In this document: piece after piece, positions 11,800 to 25,899 of the stretch
Layout of the letters: the number at the start of each line of letters is the position of its first letter
How positions within the stretch are numbered: position 1 is the first letter of the stretch
Source: Eledone cirrhosa
Taxonomy: Eukaryota
Assembly (NCBI GenBank): GCA_964016885.1
Contig: OZ024757.1
Coordinates: forward strand, 23,684,001-23,748,000
Direction of reading: 5' to 3'
Length of the DNA: 64,000 nt
Program-made: the position numbers and the translations under genes
The notes under the pieces: model-generated
Database searches by the model: none
Told to the model about the DNA's origin: nothing
What the model saw: the letters and a program-made list of their open reading frames with translations, nothing else

Positions 11800-13272
11800 A
11801 CATCATCATTTAATGTCTGCTTTCCCTTCTAGCAAGGGTTGGACCAATCTACATAACCAAGTCAGTACTGAAGCAGAGATACTGACTCCTCCGCCAGACA
11901 GGCTGTGGACCCTGTATCCCGTTTACGTATGGTCATATCAAGTGCAAAGGAGAATTTGTCGTGTCTTTTGACACAACTAAAGGGTTCCCCCAACCTTTTA
12001 TTGGCAAGTTTTCTATGGCTGGATGCCCTTCCTAACACCAACCATTTTTACAACGTGAACTGGAACGCTTTTATTGTGTAGATCAGCAGCACTGGGGCGG
12101 CTGTCATGTCTATGACACAACTAAAGCCCCCTATGAGTTGTAATGTCCCCCAATGTCTTGGGGCCGTCTGGCCAATAATAGAAATCTGGATATGATGGAA
12201 TCATTAGAGTGTTAGACAACATACTTTGTGGCATAGAGTTATGTCACTTTACATTCTGAGTTCAAATCCCGGTGAAGTTAACTTTGCCTTTCATCCTTAA
12301 CGGGGATCAGTGAAATAAAGTACCAGTAATGCATTGGGGTCAATTTAATCACCCCCCCCCCGCCCCCCACACACACACACAAATATTGTTGTCCTTGTGC
12401 CTAAATCTGAAACCATGGATTGGCAGTATCGGTAGAGGGCCGGACGCCATGATTTTTGACGCGTGGAGTTACGGCCCTTGCCATTCTGAGTTCAAATCCC
12501 GCCGAGGTTAACTTTGCCTTTCATCCTTACGGGGGGTCGATAAAATAAAGTACCAGTAATACACTGGGTAATTGCTGGCCTTGCCAAAAGTAGAAACAAT
12601 TATTATAAAGTACCAGTAATACACTGCGTAATTGCTGGCCTTGTGCCAAAAGTAGAAACAATTATTATTAGTATTATTGTTGTTGTTGTTGTTAGGGCAG
12701 TTGATTGGCAGTGTTGGTAGAGCATCAGACAAAATGTTTTGTGCCATTTAATTATGGCCCTTTACATTGTTAGTTCAAATCCTGTTGAGGTTAGCTTTGC
12801 TTTTCATCCTTTCGTGGTCCAGAAAACAAAATACCAGTAAACTACTGGACACACAAAATTGATGTAGTTGGCCAAGCTATCATGTTACTGGTTTAGTTGC
12901 CAATGGCCCAACCATACAACAGGTTGTACTGGGTTATTCAGCAGGACTTATCTCTGAGCTTAGGGACCTCACTCAGGGACCTCATTTTTTTTTATATAAT
13001 TTTATTTTATCATAAATTTTTATTCTTTAATGCTAAATCATCCAAAATAACATGAACGGACCTGTTATTTTTATCTAAAGACATTTTTTCCAATTCCAAC
13101 CCGCCCGTCCCCTCAATCTATTTTATTTCTCATTCTTTCTTCTCATAAAGGACTAGCGTCCGAAACGTTAAGACCCTCTTCCTGCTATATCAAGCGTTAA
13201 CCTAATATATACCTTCCATATACTGTACCGATTGTATTGTTATTTCTGTTTACACACACATATATATATATT

Positions 13273-13338
13273 TATTTTATCTGATGAGGACGTACTGAGG
13301 AAACAGCACAGTACCTCTGAAATATATATAATAAAATA
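13273..13338 (+). ncRNA. Minimal hammerhead motif, palindromic stem III ATATATAT
   Basis: TATTTTAT-CTGATGA-[GTACTG/CAGTAC]-GAA-ATATATAT-A-ATAAAATA; perfect 8-bp stem I. Confidence 0.78.
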
Positions 13339-13379
13339 TATTTGATCACATGAATGTCTATATTTATTAATATTTTGAA

Positions 13380-13418
<39 letters not shown>

Positions 13419-13599
13419 CAGTCTGGGTCCAACGGTTGATTTCTTAAGCTCAGCCGTCAAGCACAGACTCTTTCTAATTTAGTCACACTCTACTATCCCA
13501 AGTATTGAGTACTCTGCTGAATAATAGTCTTGCTAGTTTAATACTCATTTAATCCTAACTACAGTAGCATATCATAAACAAAAACATTACAACTTTGCA

Positions 13600-13671
13600 C
13601 CTATCTGATGAGAACATGTCCAAAGGGTTATTATGTAATCTCTTTGATGTCTTTGAAATACGTATAACAGG
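13600..13671 (+). ncRNA. Minimal hammerhead motif, palindromic stem III ATACGTAT
   Basis: CCTAT-CTGATGA-[ACAT..CAAAG/CTTTG..ATGT]-GAA-ATACGTAT-A-ACAGG; AATAAA shortly downstream. Confidence 0.68.
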
Positions 13672-13785
13672 ATTATACAATAAATAGAGGATGTAATTTT
13701 AAAACTGTCTCTCTTCTTCATAATATATATAGAGAGGGTTGGGGAGACAGACAGAGTGATCATCATCATCATCATCATCATTTAA

Positions 13786-14002
13786 CACTTTAGCATTCAA
13801 ATCGGCCATATCCGGCCAGAAATGTCTCACCTCTTTCTGTTCAAACCAGTTGAAACTGGCCGCTTATACTGATGTTAAGGTATTGTTCTCAAAATAAATA
13901 ATATCAAAATCTCAGATTTGATATTACATGAGATAATTATGTAAGATAAAGTGTTTACTACTAAAATACAATAGTATTATGAGTAATGTGAATGTTAAAG
14001 GG
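13786..14002. mobile_element. piggyBac-like (TTAA) MITE; relatives at ~53111-53247 and ~63001-63200
   Basis: TTAA on both sides; imperfect TIRs CACTTTAGCATTCA / TGAATGTTAAAGGG. Confidence 0.65.
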
Positions 14003-14290
14003 TTAAACAGAGTGGGCTGGGAACTTGGGTGGGTGAGGTGCGTAGAGATTGGAGAGGTAAATCTAGGGTTGTGGGTAAGGGGTGGGATGTTAGTGCATGT
14101 GTGTGGTTTTTAGGATATGAGAGGTGTATGGAGGGAAAGGTGGTGCATACTAGATACATGCTTCAACCCGTGCAATATATATACATTAAAGCATCCAAAA
14201 CTATAATGATCCCCAAAAGACAGCTGATGAGTGGAAACTATCCTTGTGTTTGTGTCTTCCAAGTTTCTTATATTTCTCCGGCATGTTTTT

Positions 14291-14326
<36 letters not shown>

Positions 14327-14363
14327 CATATATAGAAGTGGTAACACAACAGTTAGTTCACCA

Positions 14364-14406
14364 TACCGAGAACAATTGTTTCACCTTAGCGGGTCTTCAG
14401 CGCGTA
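14364..14406 (-). ncRNA. Minimal hammerhead motif, palindromic stem III ACAATTGT
   Basis: Minus strand: TACGCG-CTGAAGA-CCCGCTAAGGT-GAA-ACAATTGT-T-CTCGGTA. Confidence 0.62.
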
Positions 14407-14477
14407 CTGCAGTACGCGCTGAAGATGGGAAAACCCGTCTAACCCATGCAAGCATGGAAAAGTAGATGTTAAACAGT

Positions 14478-14668
14478 GATGATAATGATGATGATGATGA
14501 TGATGATGATGATGTTGATGATGAAGATGATGATGATGTTGATGATAATGATGATGATGATGATGATAATGATGATGATGATGATGATGTTGATGGTGGT
14601 GATGATGATGATGATGGTGATGATGGTGATGATGATGGTGATGATGATGATGATGATGATGATGTTGG

Positions 14669-14700
<32 letters not shown>

Positions 14701-14752
14701 TTGATGATGATGATGATGATGTTGGTGATGATGATGTTGATGATGATGATGT

Positions 14753-14783
<31 letters not shown>

Positions 14784-16125
14784 GGTGATGATGATGGTGA
14801 TGATGATGGTGATGATGATGGTGATGATGATGGTGATGATGATGATGTTGGTGATGATGATGTTGATGATGGTGATGATTTGTGCACAAAATGTGTGTGA
14901 GTATGTGTGTGTATGTGAATATACGTGTGTGCGTATGTGTGTATGTGTATGTGTGTGTGTATGTGCATCTGTATGTATGTGTATGTATGTGTATGTGTGT
15001 GTTTTTGCGTGTGTATGTGTGTATGTATGTGTGTATGTATGTGTGTATGTGTGTATATGTGTGTGCATGTGTGCATGTATGTACATGTATGTGTACATGT
15101 ATGTGTACATGTGTATGTGTGGTTGTGTGTATGTGTGTATGTGTGTGTACATGTGTGTGTACATGTACGTGTACATGTGTGTGTATATGTGTGTGTACAT
15201 GTGTGTGTATATGTGCGTGTACCTGTGTATGTACATGTGTATGTGTGTATGTGTGTGTACATGTGTGTGTACATGTGTGTGTACATGTGTGTGTACATGT
15301 GTGTGTACATGTGTGTGTACATGTGTGTATATGTGTGTGTACATGTGTGTGTACATGTGTATGTGTGTATGTGTGTATGTGTGTGTACATGTGTGTGTAC
15401 ATGTGTGTGTATATGTGTGTACATTACATGTGTGTGTACATGTGTATGTGTGTATGTGTGTATGTGTGTGTACAAGTGTGTGTACATGTGTGTGTACATG
15501 TGTGTGTACATGTGTATGTGTGTATGTGTGTACATGTGTGTGTACATGTGTGTGTACATGTGTGTATATGTGTGTGTACATGTGTGTGTGTACATGTATG
15601 AGTATATGTGTGTGTACATGTGTGTGTATATGCAGTGTATGTGTGTGTACATGTGTGTATGTGTATATGTATATGTGTAAGAGCATATGAGTGTGTTTAC
15701 CCTAACACAAAGCGTACATGTGTATGTGTGTATGTGTGTACATGTGTGTATGTGTATATGTATATGTGTAAGAGCATATGAGTGTGTTTACCCTAACACA
15801 AAGTGTACATGTGTATGTGTATATGTGTGTACATGTTGTATGTGTATATATGTATATGTGTAAGAGCATATGAGTGTGTTTACCCTAACACAAAGTGTAC
15901 ATGTGTATGTGTAGTGTATGTGTGTGTACATGTGTGTATGTGTACATGTGTAAGAGCATATGAGTGTGTTTACCCTAACACAAAGTGTACATGTGTATGT
16001 GTATATGTGTGTGTATATGTGTGTGTATATGTGTGTGTGCATTACATGTGTGTGTACATGTGTATGTGTGTATGTGTACATGTACATGTGTAAGAGCATA
16101 TGAGTGTGTTTACCCTAACACAAAG
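14478..16125. repeat. (GAT)n tract followed by compound TG/TGTACA microsatellite
   Basis: Direct inspection. Confidence 0.95.
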
Positions 16126-16420
16126 GTTAGCCAGTGTAGATATGACTGGAAGTGTTCCAACAGTAATTCTTGTTTGCAAAACTCCATTTAACCAACACAG
16201 GAAAAAAACACAAAAAAAAAACACCCTGAACTGAGATAGAATGTTCTGGCAACAGATACAATCCTATACATCCATAACACAATGACAATATTTTCCCTAT
16301 CGGAAGCAATAGATAGATAGAGAGGTAGATAAGCATAAAGACATACATGTTATGCTTTGCTTTACAATAGAATATCTTTTCAGATCTCCATATTATTCTT
16401 CAATTTAATCTAACTTCTAA

Positions 16421-17000
16421 TTGTAAGTACATCAAAGAATTAGTTCAAAGCCAAATGCTTCGTTCTTTAATAAGGAAAACTGTGTATAATGGCTATATAA
16501 TAAATGTTTCTGCTTTAGGCACAAGGCCAGCAATTACCCAGTGCATTACTGGTACTTTATTTTATTTGTAAGTACATCGAAGAATTAGTTCAAAGCCAAA
16601 TGCTTCGTTCTTTAATAAGGAAAACTGTGTGTAATGGCTATATAATAATAGTTTCTACTTTAGGCACAAGGCCAGCAATTACTCAGTGCATTACAGGTAC
16701 TTTATTTTATTTGTAAGTACATCGAAGAATTAGTTCAAAGCCAAATGCTTCGTTCTTTAATAAGGAAAACTGTGTGTAATGGCTATATAATAATAGTTTC
16801 TACTTTAGGCACAAGGCCAGCAATTACTCAGTGCATTACTGGTACTTTATTTTATTTGTAAGTACATCGAAGAATTAGTTCAAAGCCAAATGCTTCGTTC
16901 TTTAATAAGGAAAACTGTGTGTAATGGCTATATAATAATAGTTTCTGCTTTAGGCACAAGGCCAGCAATTACCCAGTGCATTACTGGTACTTTATTTTAT
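16421..17000. repeat. Tandem array of 145-bp units (SINE-A tail plus unique flank), 4 copies
   Basis: TTGTAAGTACATC at 16421, 16566, 16711, 16856. Confidence 0.93.
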
Positions 17001-17340
17001 CGACCCCCGTAAGGATGAAAGGCAAAGATAACTTCGGTGGGATTTGAACTCAAACCGTAATGGGACGTAGCTCTATGCTGGAAAGCATGGTGTCCGGTGC
17101 TTTGCCGATTCTGCCAAGCAGCCACCCTAATAATTGTTTCTACTTTAGGCACAAGGCCAGCAATTACCCAGTGCATTACTGGTACTTTATTTTATCGACC
17201 CCCGTAAGGATGAAAGGCAAAGTCAACCTCGGTGGGATTTGAACTCAGACCGTAATGGGACGTAACTATAATGGCTATATAATAATGTGTGTGTGTGTAT
17301 GTCTATATAGCTATGCCTGTGTATGTATGGTGGTAATAGT

Positions 17341-17620
17341 GGAGGCACGTGGCCTAGTGGTAACAGTGTTGGACTTACGATCATAATGTCGTGGGTTCGA
17401 TTCCTGGGTTGTGTGTTGTGTTCTTGAGCAAAACACTTCATTTCACGTTGCTCCAGTATACTCAGCTGGAAATGAGTACCAGCAATGACTGGAGGTTTAA
17501 CCCTGCAATGGACTGACGTCCTGTCCAGGGGGGAGTCTTGTACTCTCAGTCGCTTCACGCCATGAAACTGGGATATGCACCAGCCTAATGAACCTTCTGG
17601 CTTAATACAGACTTTAGACT
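17341..17620 (+). mobile_element. tRNA-derived SINE family B (others at 20590-20878 -, 31708-32820 +, 50848-51480 +, ~55240-55490 -)
   Basis: A-box TGGCCTAGTGG, B-box GGTTCGATTCC, CORE-like TTCTTGAGCAAAACACTT, tail CAGACTTTAGACTT. Confidence 0.85.
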
Positions 17621-17630
17621 TTTTTTTTTA

Positions 17631-19120
17631 GTGTATGTATGTAATTGTGTATGTATGTATGTAGGTGTGTGTAAGTATGTAAGTGTGTATGTGCATATAC
17701 ATGTGAGTGTATGCATGTATGTATGTATGTATGTGTGTATGTATGTGTATATAACTATTTCTGTGTATGTATGTAATTGTGTATGTATGTATGTAGGTGT
17801 ATGTAAGTATGTAAGTGTGTATGTGTGTATACATGTGAGTGTGTGTATGCATGTATGTATGTATGTATGTATGTATGTATGTATGTATGTATGTGTGTGT
17901 GTATGTATGTGTGTGTATGTGTATATAACTATGTCTGTGTATGTATGTAATTGTGTATGTATGTATGTAGGTGTGTGTAAGTATGTAAGTGTGTATGTGC
18001 ATATACATGTGAGTGTATGCATGTATGTATGTATGTATGTGTGTATGTATGTGTATATAACTATTTCTGTGTATGTATGTAATTGTGTATGTATGTATGT
18101 AGGTGTATGTAAGTATGTAAGTGTGTATGTGTGTATACATGTGAGTGTGTGTATGCATGTATGTATGTATGTATGTATGTATGTATGTATGTATGTATGT
18201 GTGTGTATGTATGTGTGTGTATGTGTATATAACTATGTCTGTGTATGTATGTAATTGTGTATGTATGTATGTAGGTGTGTGTAAGTATGTAAGTGTGTAT
18301 GTGTGTATACATGTGAGTGTGTGTATGAATGTATGTATGTATGTATGTGTGTGTATGTATGTGTGTGTATGTGTATATAACTATGTCTGTGTATGTAATT
18401 GTGTATGGATGTGTGTATGTGTGTGTAAGTATGTAAGTGTGTATGTGCATATACATGTGAGTGTATGCATGTATGTATGTATGTGTGTGTGTGTGTGTAT
18501 GTATGTGTGTGTATGTGTATATAACTATGTCTGTGTATGTATGTAATTGTGTATGTATGTATGTAGGTGTGTGTAAGTATGTAAGTGCGTATGTGCGTAT
18601 ACATGTGAGTGTATGCATGTATGTATGTATGTATATATGTGTGTGTATGTGTATATAACTATGTCTGTGTATGTATGTAATTGTGTATGGATGTATGTAG
18701 GTGTGTGTAAGTATGTAAGTGTGTATGTGTGTATACATGTGAGTGTGTGTATGTATGTATGTATGTATGTGTGTGTATGTGTATATAACTATGTCTGTGT
18801 ATGTATGTAATTGTGTATGGATGTGTGTAGGTATGTGTGTATGTGCGTATACATGTGAGTGCATGCATGTATGTGTGTGTATGTATGCATGTATGTATAT
18901 ATGTATGTATGTGTGTGTGTATGGATGTGTGTGTATGTATGTATGTTTGTATATAATTATGTATGTATATATGTATGCGTGTGTGTCAGTATGTGTGTAT
19001 TTGTGTATGTAATTGTGTATGTATGTATGTTTGAATATAATTATGTATGTATATATGTGTGTGTGTGTTAGTATGTGTGTATTTGTGTATGTAATTGTGT
19101 ATGTATGGATGGATGGATGG
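17631..19120. repeat. Compound (TATG)/(TG) microsatellite with higher-order units
   Basis: Recurrent GTATATAACTATGTCTGTG and GTAAGTATGTAAGT landmarks. Confidence 0.93.
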
Positions 19121-19302
19121 ATTCATTTTTATAAATATATACATATATGTCATGTGCGTGTGTATGTAGGTAAATATAAATATGTTTTCTGATTTCTTAT
19201 GTATGAAACAGTTCTAGTCCTGTAGAAATCATTTCTATAATAATATGTATGTGTGTGTAGACACACACATACATATTAACACACACAGATATATATATAT
19301 AT

Positions 19303-19640
19303 GGAGGCACATGGCTTAGTGGTTAGAGCATTGGCCTTGCAATCGAAAGGTTGTGAGTTCAATCCTCAGACCGGGTGATGTGTTGTTTCCTCGAGCAAGA
19401 CACTTTCACATTGCTCCAGTTTACTCAGCTGTAGAAATGAGATGATAGGGACTGGGGGTCCCTATCATTCCACTGCAAAGTGGTCGTGGAGGTGCCATGG
19501 AAAAAAAGCTCCCAGCACTGTAAATGAGGTTGGATTTAGGAAGGGCATCCAGCTGTAAAAATCAAGCCAGAATCAGTTCCCGTCCCACCCTTGCAAGCGG
19601 GAAAAAGTGGACATGAAATGATGATGATGATGATGATGAT
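19303..19640 (+). mobile_element. tRNA-derived SINE family C with (ATG)n tail (others at 37925-38255 -, 54540-54855 -; related tails at 10.8k, 11.8-12.1k, 26.1-26.3k, 27.5-27.7k, 57.45-57.65k)
   Basis: A/B boxes TGGCTTAGTGG and GAGTTCAATCC; recurrent AGGAAGGGCATCCAGC block; (GAT)n 3' end. Confidence 0.85.
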
Positions 19641-21412
19641 ATATATATATATATATATATATAATCACCATTTAACGTCCATTTTCCGCACTAACATGGG
19701 TTAGATGAGTTGTCCTATCATTGTGAGACAAATCAGATCAGGTGACCATGTCTTGCTGGTTTGGTTTCTATGGCTGAATGCTCTTCCTAATGCCAACCAC
19801 ATTTACAGGTTGGACTGGAGGCTCTTCATCGTGGCACCAAAACGACCAACTGACATGTTAGTCTGGGTACTTTTTCATTGTGTCACCAGCATGACCACCT
19901 TACAGGTTGGACTGGGTACATTTTCATCATATATGAGTTGAAGAACCTGTGATAGTTGTGGTTACCCTTCCTATACAGATCTTCCACCTATACAATGTTA
20001 AGATTCACTACACCTGTTTAGATAGTATCACTTCAAATATTGTACAGTAGAGCAGAAAAGAAAAAGATCCACCCACACAGACCTAAACACCTACTAGCCT
20101 GTAACTGCCAAAACGCTTCCAGCCCTCCTCTAAGTGTCACCTTCTACAGAATCACCTTCATACCACCAGACAGCTTCCAGAAGAACTTTACAAGCCAAAC
20201 AGTCAATGAATTCAAAGGTTGAGTTACCTAGCACATACACTCCTTTAGGTATAGAAATGGAGATAATTCTACCAGCCTCTCCTATTACATGTGGAGGCTC
20301 TGTAACCAAAAGCACAACATACCAAATATTAAATGGAATAGTCTGCAAAGAGCACTGCTATACTAACCCAGGGGCTGCAACTGTCAACTCTGCCTCTGTG
20401 AGAGGTTGCATATATTGCAACAACCTGCAGTGGTCATCAGCAGGAAAACTGGCCCAATGTTTTGCTGCCACTGGAGAAGTAACCTGTTGGTTAATTTCAA
20501 ATCACTGGGCTCGGACACCCCACAAAGACCACCTTCTACACAGCTCATATGTATGTGAGGGCCAATAGCCACCACCTTCAAACCAGTAATCACACTATAA
20601 AGTCTGGCACAAGAGCAGAAGCTCATCAGGCCAGTGCTTATCCTGTTTTCTGTGGCGTTAAGCAACACAGAGTGCAAGACTTCCCCCTGAACTGGATGCC
20701 ACTCCATCAGAGTTAAATTGCCAGCTACTGCTGCACTCATTTTCAGCTGAGTATACTGGAGCAACATGAAATAAAGTATTTTGCTCAAGAACACCTCACA
20801 CACCTGAGTCCAGGAATCGAACCCATGATGTTATGATTGTAAGACCAACACACTAAGCACTAGACCACATGCCTCCACTTATACACACTATCAGAATGCC
20901 TATATCACTCTTACAACAACTTCAAACCCACCAAAAGGACATCACATTCTGTCCACCAACAACACCAGATACATATGAAGATAGACTGGAAAGTTCATAA
21001 ACTGACTATGAAGGATTGATGCTAAAGCTATGAAATCTTGCATGCATTCATTCCAACTCTTCTTATTAATAAATGCATTGTAACTTTCTAGGAACTATGT
21101 TGAAAAATAAACCTCATTTGGTCATTCCATGAGAGTATCTTAGTCAGCTTATGAACTTCTCTACCGACCCTCGTAGAATAGAGGACCTACTGGACTCAAT
21201 GGTGCAACGGGTGTGACCACATATATATGTTGGTGTTGTGAAAATGTCAAAATCAATGGCGCCACCATGTCACCAATTTCCTACCATTGACATATTCAAC
21301 AGACGTTGCTTATTTACCAACACCACCATGTGACCCAAACTAACCAATGGAAGCCTTTAACCCATATGCCCCTAAGCTGCATTTTTCATCTTGCTTTTTA
21401 CTCATTTTCAGG

Positions 21413-21475
21413 CATCTGATGAGAAAGGCAAGTTTACATCTTGAAACTGCTGGTAATGCAGTAATAGGCGAAACT
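21413..21475 (+). ncRNA. Degenerate hammerhead-like motif with closed stem III
   Basis: CTGATGA...GAA-ACTGC TGGTAAT GCAGT-A; stems I and II weak. Confidence 0.45.
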
Positions 21476-21813
21476 GTTAATAGAAATACTCTCAAATTCT
21501 ACATTATGTGTTGCTGGTATTTTCTTTTGTTTGTACCTATACCTATATATATTTGTATATCAATATATATCCAAATTTGTATACATACATATAGATATAT
21601 GCATATGTTTATATATATATATGTAAAAGGTAAACAGAAATAACAACACAATCGGTACAGTATATAGCAGGAAGAGGGTCTTAACGTTTCAGACGCTAGT
21701 CCTTCATCAGAAGAAAGAATGAGAAATAAAATAGATTGAGGGGACGGGCGGGATGGAATTGGAAAAAATGTCTTTAGATAAAAATAACAGATCCATTCAT
21801 GTTGACATCTCTT

Positions 21814-21892
<79 letters not shown>

Positions 21893-22309
21893 CACACACA
21901 CACACACACAAATATGAGGCATCAAAACATATCAAATATGTCCAGAGCCATAATAATTCAAAAATAAAAGATATATGTACATATCATCATCATCATCATC
22001 ATCATAATAATCATTTTACGTCCGCTCTTCCCTGCTCGCAAGGGTGGGATGGGTCTTATATATATATATATTTCTAGGGAGAGAGAAAGGACCATATATC
22101 TAAGAGAATACACAATATATTGTGTGCTTTGTATATATACAATATAGAGTATTCTCTTGGATATATGGTCCTTGTACACCTGAGCAGTGAACACAATAAT
22201 TTCATTATTATTATTTTTTATTTCTCTCTCTATATATATATACATACGATATAAACAGATAAAATAAAGATGGCGTAGATATACAATACAATAGGAGGAA
22301 CATAATAGC

Positions 22310-22351
22310 AACACTGACGATGTTGCAGATGTGCAACGAAAGAACTTTGTT
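22310..22351 (+). ncRNA. Minimal hammerhead motif
   Basis: AACA-CTGACGA-T-GTTGCA GATG TGCAAC-GAA-AGAACT-T-TGTT. Confidence 0.65.
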
Positions 22352-22743
22352 AGACTATATATATGTGTTTATATGTATCTGTATTTATATGTATCTGTAT
22401 TTTTATATGTATCTGTATTTCTATGTATCTGTATTTATCTGTATTTATATGTATCTGTATTTATATGTATCTGTATTTTTTTATATGTATCTGTATCTGT
22501 ATATATGTGTTTATATGTATCTGTATTTTTGACCGTTGGTCAGTCAATGGTAAACATTGAGGACCGAATGAATTAACTTATATAAAAGATACAAAAGCGA
22601 AAACCAACCAAACAGTGAGTGTGTTCTGTTATTATTTCTGGCAATATTACTACAACAATATGACCCTCCCCAAGTATAACAATATTTGTTTCGACACACG
22701 ATTTCATATCAAAAACCTCGCAAAACAAATATGTATATATACA

Positions 22744-22777
<34 letters not shown>

Positions 22778-23079
22778 AATAAATTTAAATAAATCTAAGG
22801 TAAAAGACGAATTGTTTGTCAACAATATCTTTTGCAATTGCATTCTTTTTTTCTATGTCCATACCTGCATTGTTTTGGCTTTATTATACATATTCAAACG
22901 TTTATACCTCATTACACAATGCTTCAAGTGAACTATAACCTCCTCCATATATATATATATATAGAGAGAGGGTGGCTGGCTGTGAAGCTAGTTGGTCAGC
23001 CGCCCTTTCTGTCTCTGGTTTCCTGGGCCCATGGTTTTTCGGACCCATGGCTTTTTACATATTCCTTTGTTATATTCCG

Positions 23080-23137
23080 ATACCTGATGATATCACCGAA
23101 TTCATATGGAACCCACTCATTGAAATGATCATAGTAT
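23080..23137 (+). ncRNA. Minimal hammerhead motif, palindromic stem III ATGATCAT
   Basis: ATAC-CTGATGA...GAA-ATGATCAT-A-GTAT, followed by AATAAA; stem II decayed. Confidence 0.6.
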
Positions 23138-23399
23138 AATAAACCTTTCAAGGATTTACACCAGTCCAGCCTCCTGTTATTTCATTTATATATAGATATA
23201 GATATAAATGTTACATATTGATACATAAATGCACACTCACATGTATTGATTTTTTTTATCGGTATGTTGTAATTGAAAAAGCATTTTTTATCGTAAATAT
23301 ATATAAATTGTATTCTATTCATGTGCGTGTGTATAATATGTAATAATAAATTGTATTTATATGTGTGAATTCTGTTCATATATATAAATTGTACTTTTG

Positions 23400-23473
23400 T
23401 TATTGTTGGTGATGGTGTGTGTGTGTGTGGGGGGGGTCTTGCTGTTGTTAATTTGTTTGTGGTGGTGGTGGTG

Positions 23474-23505
<32 letters not shown>

Positions 23506-24608
23506 GGTGGTTGTGGTGGTGTTGCTGTTGTTATTTTGTTTGTGATGGTGGTGGTGGTTGTGGTGGTGTTGCTGTTGTTGTTATTGGTGGTGGTGGTGCT
23601 GTTGTTATTGGTGGTGGTGGTGGTTGTGGTGGTTGTGGTGGTGTTGCTGTTGTTATTTTGTTTGTGGTGGTGGTGGTGTTGTTATTTTGTTTGTGGTGGT
23701 GGTGATGTTGTTATTGGTGGTGGTGGTGGTGGTGGTTGTGGTGGTGTTGCTGTTGTTATTTTGTTTGTGATGGTGGTGGTGGTGTTGTTATTGGTGGTGG
23801 TGGTGGTGGAGGTTGTGGTGGTGTTGCTGTTGTTGTTATTGGTGGTAGTGGTGCTGTTGTTATTGGTGGTGGTGGTGGTGGAGGTTGTGGTGGTGTTGCT
23901 GTTGTTGTTATTGGTGGTGGTGGTGCTGTTGTTATTGGTGGTGGTGGTGGTGGAGGTTGTGGTGGTGTTGCTGTTGTTGTTATTGGTGGTGGTAGTGCTG
24001 TTGTTATTGGTGGTGGTGGTGGTGGAGGTTGTGGTGGTGTTGCTGTTGTTGTTATTGGTGGTGGTGGTGCTGTTGTTATTGGTGGTGGTGGTGGTGGAGG
24101 TTGTGGTGGTGTTGCTGTTGTTGTTATTAGTGGTGGTGGTGGTGGTGGTGGAGGTGATGGTGGTGATGGTGGTGGTGGTGGTGGTGGTGGTGGTGGTGGG
24201 GATGTTTCTGTTGTTGTTGTTGGTGTTGTGGTTGCTGTTGTTGTTGCTGCTGTTGTTGTTGTTTCAGTTGTTGCTGTTGTTGTGGTTGATGTTGTTATTG
24301 TTGCTACTGCTGCTGTTGTTGCTATTGTTGCTGCTGTTGTTGTTTTCTTATTGTTGTTGCTGTTGCTGTTGTTGTTGCTGCTGCTGCTGCTGCTGTTGTT
24401 GTTGTTGCTGTTGCTATTTTTGTTGCTACTGTTATTGTTGTTGCTATTGTTGTTGTTGTTGTTATGATGTTGCTGTTGTTGGTGTTGCTGCTGTTGTTGC
24501 TGTTGTTGTTGTTATTGTTGTTATGATGTTGCTGCTGCTGTTGCTGCTGTTGTTGCTGTTGCTGTTGCTGTTGTTGTTGTTACTGCTGTTGTTGTTACTG
24601 CTGTTGTT

Positions 24609-24659
<51 letters not shown>

Positions 24660-24830
24660 ATGATGTTGCAGTTGTTGTTGTTGCTGCTGTTGTTGATATT
24701 GTTGCTGCTGTTGTTGTTGTTGTTGTTGTTATGATGTTGCAGTTGTTGTTGTTGCTGATGTTGTTGTTGTTGTTGTTGTTGCTGTTCTTGCTGTTGTTGG
24801 TGTTGCTGTTGTTGTTGTTGTTAGTAGTAG
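23400..24830. repeat. (GGT)/(GTT)/(GCT) trinucleotide complex with a 60-bp higher-order unit
   Basis: Direct inspection. Confidence 0.95.
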
Positions 24831-25189
24831 TGGTGGGCTTCCTTGCTATCTCAGTACCTATTCTTTGTAGAATCTCATGCCTGCTAGCTTCCTTGATATC
24901 AATCTATTGAATAGTGTTATGTGGGGTGGATGGGGGTGGATGGAAGGGAGGAGTGGGGCAGACGGGGGTGGCACGTTGGAGACCAGACAAATAAAATGGC
25001 TGGTCTTGTCTGGTTTGGTCTTGTCATTGTGTTTGTTAATAGTTGTATGGGTGTGTGTGTATGTATGTATGGGTGTGTGTATGTGTGTGTATGTGTGTGT
25101 GTATGTGTGTGTGTTTGTGCGTTTGTGTGTGTTTGTGTGTGCTTATTTATATGTACATTGTAATGGCTTTCCCAATACTCTGTTATTGA

Positions 25190-25897
<708 letters not shown>

Positions 25898-25899
<2 letters not shown>

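Noticed and set aside
15677-16125. CRISPR-like repeat-spacer pattern
   Set aside because: Spacers are mutually related TG microsatellites, the context is eukaryotic and there are no cas genes.
16127-16348. Possible minus-strand exon with a hydrophobic translation
   Set aside because: No recognisable homology and no clear donor.
17341-17410. tRNA gene
   Set aside because: A/B boxes run directly into a SINE body; no complete cloverleaf. The same applies to 9158, 19303 and 50848.
20040-20568. 144-aa ORF
   Set aside because: No recognisable domain or splice sites; more likely a decayed retroelement, but the family could not be assigned by eye.
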